DNA of 64,000 nt, taken from positions 1,824,001 through 1,888,000 of the forward strand of contig OZ241907.1 in NCBI GenBank assembly GCA_965203515.1. Reading direction: 5' to 3'. The position numbers and the translations under genes are program-made. The notes under the pieces were generated by a model that made no database searches, had not been told where the DNA came from, and saw only the letters and a program-made list of their open reading frames with translations. This DNA comes from Spirochaetia bacterium. Its GTDB lineage: Bacteria > Spirochaetota > Spirochaetia > SZUA-6 > Bin103. Shown here piece by piece: positions 1-9,645 of this stretch. The stretch's first letter is position 1. Each line of letters starts with the position of its first letter.

Positions 1-1
1 C

Positions 2-601
2 AGCCGTGACAGCGTCACCTGGCAGCGCCTGCGGCCGCGCCGGCCGTTCTTCTCGCCAACGCCCGGCGGCGGCCGCGTGGGAGCGTACGACGCGGCGCGC
101 ACCGACACGGCGCTGTCGCCGCCGGTGCGGACCGCGCACGGCAACGGGCCGGACTCGCCGGCTCCCGACATGGAGACCTTGTGGTTCTATTCGTGGGGAG
201 GCCCGGCCATGCACGGCGACCGCCACCTCACCTTCGGCGCCACGATCGGCGTGGCGCAGCTCCGGGGCGACGGCTTCTGCTCGCTGCGCGCCCGCCGCTT
301 TCCCGGCACGGTCGTCACCAGGCCGTTCACGTGGCCGGGCGGCCGGCTGCTGATCAATGCGGTCGGACTGGGCGGCGGCGGCAGCGCCAGCCTGCGCGCC
401 GCCGTGCTGCGCGCGGACCTGTCGGAGATCGACGGCTTGCGCGCGGCCGACGCGGACCCGCTGTCGCGCGACGGCGTCCGTCAGGAACAGCGGTGGCGCG
501 GCGACGGCGCCGGCATCGAGCGGCTGGCCGGCAAGGTCGTGCGCCTCCGCTTCCTGATGGAGAACACCGACCTGTACGCGTTCCGGGCGTCGGGCGGATG
601 A
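2..601 (+). CDS. Uncharacterised GH-like five-bladed beta-propeller protein, C-terminal part (5'-truncated by window)
   Basis: Frame open from position 2 (SRDSVTWQRL...); GVAQLRGDGF and terminal RLRFLMENTDLYAF match the paralogs at 598 and 3146. Confidence 0.7.
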   Translation, partial: SRDSVTWQRLRPRRPFFSPTPGGGRVGAYDAARTDTALSPPVRTAHGNGPDSPAPDMETLWFYSWGGPAMHGDRHLTFGATIGVAQLRGDGFCSLRARRFPGTVVTRPFTWPGGRLLINAVGLGGGGSASLRAAVLRADLSEIDGLRAADADPLSRDGVRQEQRWRGDGAGIERLAGKVVRLRFLMENTDLYAFRASGG

Positions 602-2037
602 GCGGCCCGATGACCGCCGCGGCCGGCGTCGAGGTGCCGTTCCTCGACCTGGGGGAGCTGACAGGGCGTGACAACGTCGATCTCCGCCCCACGCGGGCGG
701 TGAAGCACCCGGCCAATCCGGTACTGCAGCCCGGAGCGGCCGGCGAGTGGGACTGCAAGCGCGTCGGCAACTGGGCCGGCGACATCATCTGGGACGCGGA
801 CGAATCGGTCTTCAAGTGCTGGTACTACGGCTCCGACCTGCCCGGCACCGCCGCGATCGGCTATGCGGTGAGCCCGGACGGGGTGCTGTGGGAGAAGCCG
901 AACCTGGGCCTTCACGACTACGGCGGCTCCACCGACAACAACATCTGCTTCCGGCCCGTGACCGGCGCCACCAGCCACTTCTGTCTGACCGTCGACGACG
1001 ACGCGCCGGCCGACCGGCGCTATTCCGCGCTCGCCTGGTCCGACGCGCCCGGCATCGACGGCAAGCGCAACTACCCGTACTACTCCCCGGACGGCATCGA
1101 CTGGACGCTCACGCCGACGCCGCAGCGCGCCGGCGTCATCGGCGACACCGCCGGCATCGTCCGCGACCCGATCGACCCGGATCCCGGGCGGCGCCTCAAG
1201 GTCTATACCCAGCACGGCGCCTGGTACGGTCCCGACCTGGAGCACCTGCGGCCGGGGCCGCGCGCCGTCATCGACCCGGCGGACGGACGCGAGCAGGAGA
1301 TCCACTTCGTCTACGCGCTGCCGTACCGCGGCGCGCACGTGATGCTCTACGACTTCGACGCCGTGATTCCCTGGCCGCACCGCACCCGGCCGGTCGGGAC
1401 GCGCGAGCGGCGGAAGCTGCCGGCCGGCGCCTACGCCGGCGACTGCCGGCTGGCGGTGAGCCGCGACGGTCTTGGCCCGTTCCGGCGCATCCGTCCCGAC
1501 CTGCCGGTGATCCCGCTCGGCGACTGGGGCGCGTGGGACGACGAGCTGCTGGTCCTGGGCGGCGGCAGCATGATCCCGTTCGCCGACCGGATCGTGCTCT
1601 TCTATACCGCCCTCTCCCACTTCGGGACCGGCTTCCTGTCCCATCCCTACTTCAAGTGCGAGATGGGGATGGCGACGCTGCGCCGCGACGGATTCACCCA
1701 TCTGCGCAACCGCGACGGCCTCACCCGGGCGACCGCCACGACCGCGCCGTTCGAGGCTGCGGCCGGCAGGTCGGCCGCCGTGCACGTCAACGTCTCTCAT
1801 CTGCGGCCGTACCGCGATTGGCTGGAGGTGGAGGTGCTCGACGCCGACTCGGGCCGGGTCGCGCCGGGCTACGCCCGCGACGACTGCCGGCACGTGATCG
1901 GGGAAGGTCTGGCGGCGCCGGTCCGCTGGGAACGGCACGCCGACCTGAGCGCCGCGCCGCGGCGCTTCCGGCTCCGCTTCTACCTGTGGGGCCGCGCGCG
2001 CCTCTATTCGTTCGGGTTCGATGCGGCCGGAGCGTGA
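598..2037 (+). CDS. Uncharacterised GH-like beta-propeller + beta-sandwich protein (GH32/43/130-like fold)
   Basis: ATG 598 overlaps upstream TGA (ATGA); KHPANPVL, SPDGVLWEKPNLG, LAVSRDG, GMATLRRDGF, RLRFYL..ARLYSF. Confidence 0.7.
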   Translation: MSGPMTAAAGVEVPFLDLGELTGRDNVDLRPTRAVKHPANPVLQPGAAGEWDCKRVGNWAGDIIWDADESVFKCWYYGSDLPGTAAIGYAVSPDGVLWEKPNLGLHDYGGSTDNNICFRPVTGATSHFCLTVDDDAPADRRYSALAWSDAPGIDGKRNYPYYSPDGIDWTLTPTPQRAGVIGDTAGIVRDPIDPDPGRRLKVYTQHGAWYGPDLEHLRPGPRAVIDPADGREQEIHFVYALPYRGAHVMLYDFDAVIPWPHRTRPVGTRERRKLPAGAYAGDCRLAVSRDGLGPFRRIRPDLPVIPLGDWGAWDDELLVLGGGSMIPFADRIVLFYTALSHFGTGFLSHPYFKCEMGMATLRRDGFTHLRNRDGLTRATATTAPFEAAAGRSAAVHVNVSHLRPYRDWLEVEVLDADSGRVAPGYARDDCRHVIGEGLAAPVRWERHADLSAAPRRFRLRFYLWGRARLYSFGFDAAGA

Positions 2038-2055
2038 CCGGGACTCAAGGGCAGG

Positions 2056-3084
2056 TCACTCCCAGCGCAAGGCGACCGTCCGTCCGTGCGAGGCCGACCG
2101 TTCGGCCGCCTCCACCATGCGCAGGGCGTCCAGCGCGTCGGCCAGGGTGGAGAGCGGCGGCTCGCCGCCGATCACGCAGCGCTCGACGAAGTACGCAACC
2201 TCGCAGGAGAAGGCATCGACGTAGCCCGACATGCCGAAGCCGGGTCCCCCCTCCTCCTGGTACACCGCCTCGTTCCAGGAGTAGCTGACGCCGCCGCGCG
2301 TGCCGAGCACCTTGTACCGCACCAGCCACGGGTCGTTGGTAGGGTCCACGGCCGCGAAGCTGGCCCACAGGTTGGCCAGCGCGCCGTCCGGCATGAGGCA
2401 GGTGATCGCGGTCTGCGCCGGCGCCGGCACGTCCGGCGCATGCACGCCGGGCGCGGCCATGCAGGTCAGCCGCTCCGGGCGGCCCAGCAGATACAGCAGC
2501 GAGTAGCAATGGTGCACGCACACCACCCGGAGGACCGATCCGTACTTGCGCACCAGGTCCGCGTCGTGAAACAGGTTGTAGAGCATCCAGAAGGCGGCGA
2601 CCGGGCCGAGCCGGCCCGCCTCCAGCAGCGCCTTGGCGCGGCGCAGCGCCGGCACGTAGATGAAGTTGTGCCCCGGCATGCAGGTGCGGCCGGCGCGCTC
2701 GGCGGCGCGCATCAGGCGGTGCAGGTCGGCGGCGCGCTGGACGACCGGTTTCTCCACCAGGACGTGCTTGCCGGCGCGCAGCGCCGCCAGCGCCGCGCCG
2801 ACGTGACCCTCCGGCGGGGTCAGGACGTGCACGGCGGCGACGCCGGCGTCGCCGACCAGCTCCTTCAGGGACCGGAACTCGCGTCCGCCATGGCGGGCGG
2901 TCAACGCCTTGGCCCGGCCGGGCTCGGGGTCGTACGCGCCGATGAATCGAGCCCGCGCGCACGCGCCGACCGCGCGCGCGTGCAACTCCGCGACCAGCCC
3001 GGCGCCCACGAAGGCTATGCCGACCCGGTCGTTCGGTCCGGCGCGCTCGCCGGCGGGCTCGCGGCGCAGGTCGGGATCGCTCAT
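2056..3084 (-). CDS. Gfo/Idh/MocA family oxidoreductase
   Basis: FVGAGLVA Rossmann motif; GKHVLVEKP signature. Confidence 0.9.
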   Translation of the reverse strand: MSDPDLRREPAGERAGPNDRVGIAFVGAGLVAELHARAVGACARARFIGAYDPEPGRAKALTARHGGREFRSLKELVGDAGVAAVHVLTPPEGHVGAALAALRAGKHVLVEKPVVQRAADLHRLMRAAERAGRTCMPGHNFIYVPALRRAKALLEAGRLGPVAAFWMLYNLFHDADLVRKYGSVLRVVCVHHCYSLLYLLGRPERLTCMAAPGVHAPDVPAPAQTAITCLMPDGALANLWASFAAVDPTNDPWLVRYKVLGTRGGVSYSWNEAVYQEEGGPGFGMSGYVDAFSCEVAYFVERCVIGGEPPLSTLADALDALRMVEAAERSASHGRTVALRWE

Positions 3085-3145
3085 CGCCGGTCAGCCTATG
3101 GTCCGGTCGGAGTGCCGCGCAAGCATCCGTGCTACCGTGCCGTCC

Positions 3146-4567
3146 ATGAGGCACCTGTTCATCGACGATGGCGAGCTCACGCGGGTGGAGCGGCTGTACC
3201 GGCGCGTCCATCAGCCGCGTAAGCATCCGGCCAATCCGGTGCTGGACGCGGACACGCCGTGGGAGTCGCTGATATCGGTGTACGGCACCACGCTGTATGA
3301 CGAGGAGCGCGGCGAGTTCCGGCGCTGGTACCTGACCAGCCCGGGCAGCAACGAAGACCGGGTCTCGGTCGGGCCGGCCGGCGGCTCGGCGCGGACGATT
3401 CCCGGCAACGTCACGCTGCTCGGCTACGCCACCTCCACCGACGGCGTGCACTGGCGCAAGCCGGACCTGGGGCAGCTCGCCATCGACGGCGACAGCCACA
3501 ACAACCTGCTCCGCATCGGCCGCCTCAACTGCGAAGGCGCGTCGATCATCGAGGACCCGGCCGATCCCGATCCGGACCGACGCTTCAAGGCGTTCTACTG
3601 GGAACACGGCGGCGAGGGCACGCTGACCAAGCTGCCCGGCGGGCGGGTGCTGTTCGGTACCGGGGAGGGCGACGGCATGTGGATATCGCACTCGCCGGAC
3701 GGCGTGCGCTGGACCGACTACGACGTCAATCCGGCGATCGGCCTTGGCTCGGACACCGACCAGACCGTGCTGCGCGACCCGGCGCTCGACCGCTACGTCG
3801 CCTTCGGCCGCTTTGGGGCGGGCGGGCGCAAGATGGCGCGCAGCGAGAGCGAGGACTTCGTCCACTGGAGCGAGCCGCGCCTGGTATTCGAGTGCGACGC
3901 CGGCGACGAGCCGGAGACGCAGTTCTACGGCGTGCCGATCGACCTCTACGAGGGGCTCTACCTGGGCATGCCGTGGATCTACCGGGAGGGCGTGGACGGC
4001 ACGATCGATACCCAGCTCGCGGTCAGCCGGGACGGCATCCGCTGGCAGCGGGTCGGCGCGCGTGAGACGTTTCTGCCGCTCGGCGCGCCGGGAAGCCCGG
4101 AGGACGGCATGGCGCGGGTCGGCAAGCGGTTCATCGTGCGCGGCGATCACGTCTACCTGTTCTACGGCGCGGTGCAGGGTCCGCACGGCGGGCGCAAGTT
4201 CTCCGGCGCCGGCACGCGGGCGCGCGGTCTTTGCCTGGCGCTGCTGCGCCGCGACGGGTTCGTGTCGATGAGCGCCGACGGCGACGGCGGCCGGCTGCTG
4301 ACCCGTCCGGTGACGGTCGCCGCGGACGGCGGCGCGGACGCGTTGCGCCTCAACCTCAACGCGGCGCGCGGGCGGGCGGTGGTGGCGCTGTGCGACGACG
4401 ACGCGGCGCCGATCGACGGCTTCGAGGCGTCGCGGCCGGTGAGCGGCGACCACACCGACACGGCCGTGACCTGGCCCGGCCGGCGGGTCGGCGAGCTGGC
4501 CGGCCGGCGGGTGCGGTTGCGCGTCGATCTGCACGACGCCGACCTGTTCTCCTTCTGGTTCGGCTAG
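3146..4567 (+). CDS. Uncharacterised GH-like beta-propeller protein (paralog)
   Basis: Start MRHLFIDD at ATG 3146; KHPANPVL, STDGVHWRKPDLG, DPDRRFK, QLAVSRDGIRW, LLRRDGF. Confidence 0.75.
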   Translation: MRHLFIDDGELTRVERLYRRVHQPRKHPANPVLDADTPWESLISVYGTTLYDEERGEFRRWYLTSPGSNEDRVSVGPAGGSARTIPGNVTLLGYATSTDGVHWRKPDLGQLAIDGDSHNNLLRIGRLNCEGASIIEDPADPDPDRRFKAFYWEHGGEGTLTKLPGGRVLFGTGEGDGMWISHSPDGVRWTDYDVNPAIGLGSDTDQTVLRDPALDRYVAFGRFGAGGRKMARSESEDFVHWSEPRLVFECDAGDEPETQFYGVPIDLYEGLYLGMPWIYREGVDGTIDTQLAVSRDGIRWQRVGARETFLPLGAPGSPEDGMARVGKRFIVRGDHVYLFYGAVQGPHGGRKFSGAGTRARGLCLALLRRDGFVSMSADGDGGRLLTRPVTVAADGGADALRLNLNAARGRAVVALCDDDAAPIDGFEASRPVSGDHTDTAVTWPGRRVGELAGRRVRLRVDLHDADLFSFWFG

Positions 4568-4577
4568 GCGGGGCCGG

Positions 4578-6623
4578 ATGAGCGCGGCGCCCGCGTTCGG
4601 CCATCCGCGCATCTTCTTCACGCCGGCGTCGCTCGACCGGCTGCGGCGGCAAGCGGATGCGCCGGCGCTCGCCCCGCTGCTGGCGCAGGTGCGCGAGCGG
4701 GCCGGAGCGGCGCTCAGCGGACCGATGCCGGCGGTGACGCTGCCGGACGATCTGCTGCTGCCGGGCGAGCCGACCTGGGACCAGCGCTACCCGCGCGACG
4801 AGCGGACCTTCGCCGCGCATGAACGGATGATGCAGCCGTTGCGCGCCCTGTATGGCGCGCTGCCGGCGACCTCCTTCGTGGCGATGCTCGACGGCGACCG
4901 CGCATGCCGCGACTACGCGGCGGCGGCGATGCGGCACCTGACCGGTCTCGATCTGCGAAAGACCTCCTATCTCAACACGCACCAGTTCCACGGCGTGGTG
5001 CCGGCGGTGGCGCTGGCGCTCGACTTCCTGTGGGACGATCTGGGCGACGGCCGCCAACCGATCGCCGCCGGGCTCGCCGCGCGCGCCCGCGAGTTTCACC
5101 GGCATACCGTGCTGAACGCCTTCGACGATCCGCTGGACAGCCACAGCATCGTGTACGGGCCGCCGGAGATGACGCTGGCGGCGCTGGCGCTGTATCACCA
5201 CGTACCGGAAGCGGCCGGCTGGCTGGCCGACGTCGAGCGGTTCCTGGTCGAGGCGTTCCCGGGCTACGGCGGCGCCGACGGCGGCTGGGGGCAGGGCTTC
5301 GGCTACGTCTACAGCCACTACTTCCAGCGCATGGCGCACCTGCTCTACGCGGCGACCGGCGCCGATCACTTCGACCGGCCGTGGGGGCGCAACAACGGCC
5401 GGCACTTCCTCTACTTCCGGCCGCCGTGGAGCACGTGCTCCAGCTTCGGCGACGCCTCGTACGCGACCCATCCGGCGCTGTACCGGCAGATCATGGGGTT
5501 CTACGCGCGGGTGTACCGCGATCCGGTCTACCGCTGGTATGCGGAGCATGCGGACGCCGACGCGCCGGCCGGCGACCCGCTGGCCGAGCTGAGCGCGCGC
5601 CTGACGTGGCCGGACCCGCCGCCGGCGGCGCCGCCGTCGGAGCTGCCGCGCTCGATCCACCTGGCCGACACCGGCTGGGTCGCCCTGCACAGCGACCTCA
5701 CCGCGCGCGATGCCAACGTCATGCTCTGCTTCAAGAGCAGCCGCTTCGGATCGTTCAGCCACAGCCATGCCGACCAGAACAGCTTCGTGCTGGAAGCGTT
5801 CGGCCGCCCGCTCCTGATCGACAGCGGCTTCTATCCGTGGTACGGCAGCCCGCACGACTTGGCCTGGACCCGCCACACGCGCGCCCACAACGGGGTGCTG
5901 ATCGACGATCGCGGGCAGGCGCTGTGGCGGCTGGAAGCGGCCGGCCGCATCGTCGCCTTCGCGGCCGGGCCGGACTACGATTACTGCGCCGGTGACGCCA
6001 CCGCGGCATACCGCCTGGAGTCGTTCGAGCACACCCACCGGCCGTTGCCGCTGGCCGAGCGGAGCGCGGCCGGGCTGGGCGTCGAGCGGGTGATCCGGCA
6101 CGTGATCTTCCTGCGCCCGGCCGCCTTCGTCGTGATCGACGACGTGGCCGCCGCGGCGCCGCGGCCGGTCCAGCTCGCCTTTCACGCGCCCGTGCCGTTC
6201 GAGCTGCCGGCCGGCGGCGGCGCGGACGTCACGGTGCGCAACGCTCCGGCGCTGGCGCGGCTCACCCTGTGCGCCGAGCCCGGCGCCGCCGCCGCGCGCC
6301 TGTCGTCGACCGACCGCTTCCCGGTCGCGCCCGAACGTGCCGGCGAGCAGGAGTATCCCCGGCAGTGGCATCTGACCGCGGCGTTCGCCGCCGCCGGCCG
6401 CGAACGCCTGCTGACGACCGTGATCCGGGTCGGGCGCGACGGGGAGGCGCTGCCGCCGGTGCGAGTGGAGCACCGCGTCTCCGGCGCCGGCATCGATCGC
6501 CGGCGCGTCGTCGAGGTGCGGTGTGGCGGGCGTACCGCGACGCTTCAGGTGAGCCGGTTCGGCTCCGCGCTCACCTGCGCGGGAGGCGGCACGTCGCCGC
6601 TCCGGGTATCCGCGCCGCGGTGA
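4578..6623 (+). CDS. Heparinase II/III-like polysaccharide lyase (DUF4962 / oligoalginate-lyase-like)
   Basis: GHPRIFF; DGGWGQGFGY; FGD; FKSSRFGSFSHSHADQNSF; IDSGFYPWYGSPH; HTRAHNGVL. Confidence 0.85.
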   Translation: MSAAPAFGHPRIFFTPASLDRLRRQADAPALAPLLAQVRERAGAALSGPMPAVTLPDDLLLPGEPTWDQRYPRDERTFAAHERMMQPLRALYGALPATSFVAMLDGDRACRDYAAAAMRHLTGLDLRKTSYLNTHQFHGVVPAVALALDFLWDDLGDGRQPIAAGLAARAREFHRHTVLNAFDDPLDSHSIVYGPPEMTLAALALYHHVPEAAGWLADVERFLVEAFPGYGGADGGWGQGFGYVYSHYFQRMAHLLYAATGADHFDRPWGRNNGRHFLYFRPPWSTCSSFGDASYATHPALYRQIMGFYARVYRDPVYRWYAEHADADAPAGDPLAELSARLTWPDPPPAAPPSELPRSIHLADTGWVALHSDLTARDANVMLCFKSSRFGSFSHSHADQNSFVLEAFGRPLLIDSGFYPWYGSPHDLAWTRHTRAHNGVLIDDRGQALWRLEAAGRIVAFAAGPDYDYCAGDATAAYRLESFEHTHRPLPLAERSAAGLGVERVIRHVIFLRPAAFVVIDDVAAAAPRPVQLAFHAPVPFELPAGGGADVTVRNAPALARLTLCAEPGAAAARLSSTDRFPVAPERAGEQEYPRQWHLTAAFAAAGRERLLTTVIRVGRDGEALPPVRVEHRVSGAGIDRRRVVEVRCGGRTATLQVSRFGSALTCAGGGTSPLRVSAPR

Positions 6624-7384
6624 GGCGTCCCGGCCGCGCGACGGAGCCGCGGCCGGCCGTACGGCGCGCGGCCGCGCCGGCCGCCGCCGCGCTCACGGCC
6701 GCGTTCACCGTCGCGCTGGCGGGCGCTGCCCGGACCGCGGCCGCCGCCGGCGTGCTGGAGGGTCCGGCGGCCGCGCAGCGCTCGGCGGTGGCGGCGGTGG
6801 AACGGCTGACCGTGCGCACGGAGTTCGTGGAGGTGCGGGTGTTCGCCGCGGCGCGGCAGGACGTGGAGGCGGAGCTGTCGGTCTCGGCGCGGATGATGCG
6901 CCGCAACCGGCCGGAGCTGGCCGTGCGGCGCGACGGCGGCGCGGTGACGCTGCGCGTGCGCGGCAACGAGCTGCCGGTCAGCCGCGCATCGGTGCAGTGG
7001 GGCCCCACGCTCACCCTGTCGGTGCCGGAGGACGTCGAATTGACGGTGCGCACCGCCACCGGCGCGGTCACGGTGCAGGGGCTGCGCTCCGGCCGGCTGG
7101 CGGTCTTTACCGCCGCCGGAGACGTATTCGTGGGCGACTGCGCCGTACCGCTGCAGGTGACCGGCGGATCGGGCTCCGTGCGGGTTGCGCGCTCGGACGG
7201 CGACAAACGCCTCACCACCACCAGCGGCGCGATCGAGGTGGTCGAATCGCGCGGGGCGGTGACCGCGCGTACCGACGGCGGCGCGCAGCGCTTTCACCGG
7301 GTCACCGGCGACCTCACCGTACTGCGCGGCACGCCGCTGGAGGTGTCGGAGCACCGCGGGCGCGTGCTCGTCGACGACCGCTAG
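6620..7384 (+). CDS. DUF4097-like beta-strand repeat protein, exported
   Basis: GTG 6620 overlaps upstream TGA; Ala-rich signal-like N-terminus; repeated xTxxGxVxV units. Confidence 0.7.
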   Translation: MRRPGRATEPRPAVRRAAAPAAAALTAAFTVALAGAARTAAAAGVLEGPAAAQRSAVAAVERLTVRTEFVEVRVFAAARQDVEAELSVSARMMRRNRPELAVRRDGGAVTLRVRGNELPVSRASVQWGPTLTLSVPEDVELTVRTATGAVTVQGLRSGRLAVFTAAGDVFVGDCAVPLQVTGGSGSVRVARSDGDKRLTTTSGAIEVVESRGAVTARTDGGAQRFHRVTGDLTVLRGTPLEVSEHRGRVLVDDR

Positions 7385-7433
7385 CCCGCTCCGGTTTCTC
7401 CCGCTCCGGCCCGCGTGGTACCATCGGGCCCGC

Positions 7434-8621
7434 ATGGCTGCCACGCAGGAGGCCGCGCCGGTCGATCTGCGCGCCCGGCGGGGTCTGTTCCGGCGCCGCC
7501 AGCTGACCGAGGCGGAGCGGCGGGAGGCATACTTCACCGCCACGCAGTGGCGCCTGATCTGGCTCAAGTTCCGCAGCCACCGGTGGGCGCTCGGCGGCCT
7601 GCTGGTCCTCTCGATCTTCTACTTCGTGGCGATATTCGCCGGCTTCTTCGCCACCAACGATCCGGTCACGCGCCGCCCCGAGTACCAGTACCTGCCGCCG
7701 TCGATCCTGGGCGAGGCGCGTTCCTTCCGGCTGTTCGACCAGGCGGGCGGCTTTCGGCCGGTGATCTATCCGGTGCGCACCAAACTCAACCTGCAGACCT
7801 TCGAGCAGGACGTCTTTCCCGACCTGGAGCACGAACGGCCGCTGCGGCTGTTCGCCAGGGGCGACCCGTATACGCTGTTCTTCTTCATAGAAAGCGATAT
7901 CCATCTGTTCGGCACGGGCGATCCCGAGGTGCGCTGGTTTCCGCTCGGCACCGATCGGAGCGGCCGCTGCCTCTATTCGCGGATGGTGCACGGCGCCACG
8001 CTGTCGTTGTCGATCGGCATTCTGGCGATCGCCGTGACCTGGGTGCTGGGAGTCGTCATCGGCGGCGTTTCCGGCTACTTCGGCGGCATCGTCGACAACG
8101 CCATCCAGCGGATGATCGAGGTGCTGATGTCGTTTCCGAGCATGCCGCTCTGGATCGCGCTGTCGGCGGCGCTGCCGCTCGATTGGACCGTGATCGAGGT
8201 CTATTTCGCGATCACCATGATCCTTTCGGTGCTGGCCTGGACCGGTCTGGCGCGCGTGGTCCGCGGCAAGCTCCTGGCGGTGCGTGAGGAGGAGTTCGTG
8301 CTGGCGGCCACGCTGGACGGTTGCCGCCGGCCGCGGCTGATGGCGCGGCACATGCTGCCGTCGTTCGCCAGCCATCTGATCGTGGTCGCCAGCAATCAGA
8401 TTCCCGGCATGATCCTGGGAGAGACGGCGCTCAGCTTCATCGGCGTGGGACTGCGGGCGCCGGCGGTGAGCTGGGGCGTGCTGCTGCAGGAGACTCAGAA
8501 CGTGCAGTCGGTGGCGCTGCGCCCGTGGCTGCTGCTGCCGGCGCTGCTGGTGGTCTTGACCGTAGTGGCGTTCCAGTTTCTGGGCGACGGCCTGCGCGAC
8601 GCGATGGATCCGTACCGGTGA
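7434..8621 (+). CDS. ABC transporter permease, OppC/DppC type
   Basis: PLGTDRSGRCLYSRMVHG; EAA-like loop REEEFVLAATLDG; FQFLGDGLRDAMDPY. Confidence 0.92.
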   Translation: MAATQEAAPVDLRARRGLFRRRQLTEAERREAYFTATQWRLIWLKFRSHRWALGGLLVLSIFYFVAIFAGFFATNDPVTRRPEYQYLPPSILGEARSFRLFDQAGGFRPVIYPVRTKLNLQTFEQDVFPDLEHERPLRLFARGDPYTLFFFIESDIHLFGTGDPEVRWFPLGTDRSGRCLYSRMVHGATLSLSIGILAIAVTWVLGVVIGGVSGYFGGIVDNAIQRMIEVLMSFPSMPLWIALSAALPLDWTVIEVYFAITMILSVLAWTGLARVVRGKLLAVREEEFVLAATLDGCRRPRLMARHMLPSFASHLIVVASNQIPGMILGETALSFIGVGLRAPAVSWGVLLQETQNVQSVALRPWLLLPALLVVLTVVAFQFLGDGLRDAMDPYR

Positions 8622-8654
8622 TCGGCTCCTCATGATCGGCGCTCCATGATCGGC
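8618..8654 (+). repeat. 14-nt tandem repeat (RTGATCGGC core x3) forming coupled mini-ORFs
   Basis: gtgatcggctcctc / atgatcggcgctcc / atgatcggc at 8618, 8632, 8646. Confidence 0.85.
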
Positions 8655-9641
8655 TACATCGTGCGCCGGGTCTTCATCATGATCCCGACGCTGATCCTGA
8701 TCTCGGTCGTCTCCTTCCTGGTAATCGATCTGCCGCCGGGCGACCTGGCCAGCTCGTACGCGGCGCGGCTGCTGGCTTCGCAGGAGATCTTCGAGGACGA
8801 GGCGAGGGACCTGATCGCCGAGCTGCGCGCTCGCTACGGGCTGGACGACCCGTTTCACGTGCGCTATCTCAAGTGGGCCGGCCGTTTCGTGCGCGGCGAC
8901 TGGGGCTTTTCCTTCTTCTGGAACAAGCCGGTGCGGCTGCTGATCCTGGACCGCATCCTGCTCACCGTGTCGATCGCGCTGCTGACCCTGGTGTTCAGCA
9001 GCCTGATCACCTGGCCGGCCGGGGTGGGGGCGGCGCTGCGCCAGTATTCGCTGTTCGACAACATCTTCAGCTTCACCGCCTTCTTCATGATGGCGGTGCC
9101 CAACTTCCTGTTCGCCCTGATCCTGATGTACCTTGCCTACGAGTGGTTCGATTACCAGCCGGGCGGCCTGTTTTCCCCGGACATGATCGACGCCCCGTGG
9201 AGCGTGGCCAAGTTCCTGGACTTCCTGGCGCACATCTGGATACCGCTGGTGGTGCTGGGGTTCGAGTCGGTCGGCGGCGGCCTGCGCGCCATCCGCGCCA
9301 ACGTGCTGGACCAGCTCCGCATGCCGTACGTGACCATGGCGCGGGCCAAGGGCGTGCCGGAGACGCGGCTGCTGGTCAAGTATCCGATCCGCATGGCCGC
9401 CAACCCGTGGATCTCCACGGTCGGCTGGATCCTGCCCGGACTGGTCGGCGGCGAGGTGCTGGTCTCCATCGTGATCGGCCTGAACACCATCGGCCCGCTC
9501 ATGCTGGAGGGGTTGGTCAATCAGGACATGCAGCTGGCCGGCGGCATCCTCATGCTGCTGGCCGCCCTCACGGTGTTCGGTACGCTGATTTCCGACCTGC
9601 TGCTGGCGGTGCTCGACCCGCGTATCCGCATCACGGAGTAA
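8646..9641 (+). CDS. ABC transporter permease, OppB/DppB type
   Basis: YIVRR..IPTL; LPPGD; YVTMARAKGV; LISDLLLAVLDPRIR. Confidence 0.92.
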   Translation: MIGYIVRRVFIMIPTLILISVVSFLVIDLPPGDLASSYAARLLASQEIFEDEARDLIAELRARYGLDDPFHVRYLKWAGRFVRGDWGFSFFWNKPVRLLILDRILLTVSIALLTLVFSSLITWPAGVGAALRQYSLFDNIFSFTAFFMMAVPNFLFALILMYLAYEWFDYQPGGLFSPDMIDAPWSVAKFLDFLAHIWIPLVVLGFESVGGGLRAIRANVLDQLRMPYVTMARAKGVPETRLLVKYPIRMAANPWISTVGWILPGLVGGEVLVSIVIGLNTIGPLMLEGLVNQDMQLAGGILMLLAALTVFGTLISDLLLAVLDPRIRITE

Positions 9642-9645
9642 GACG

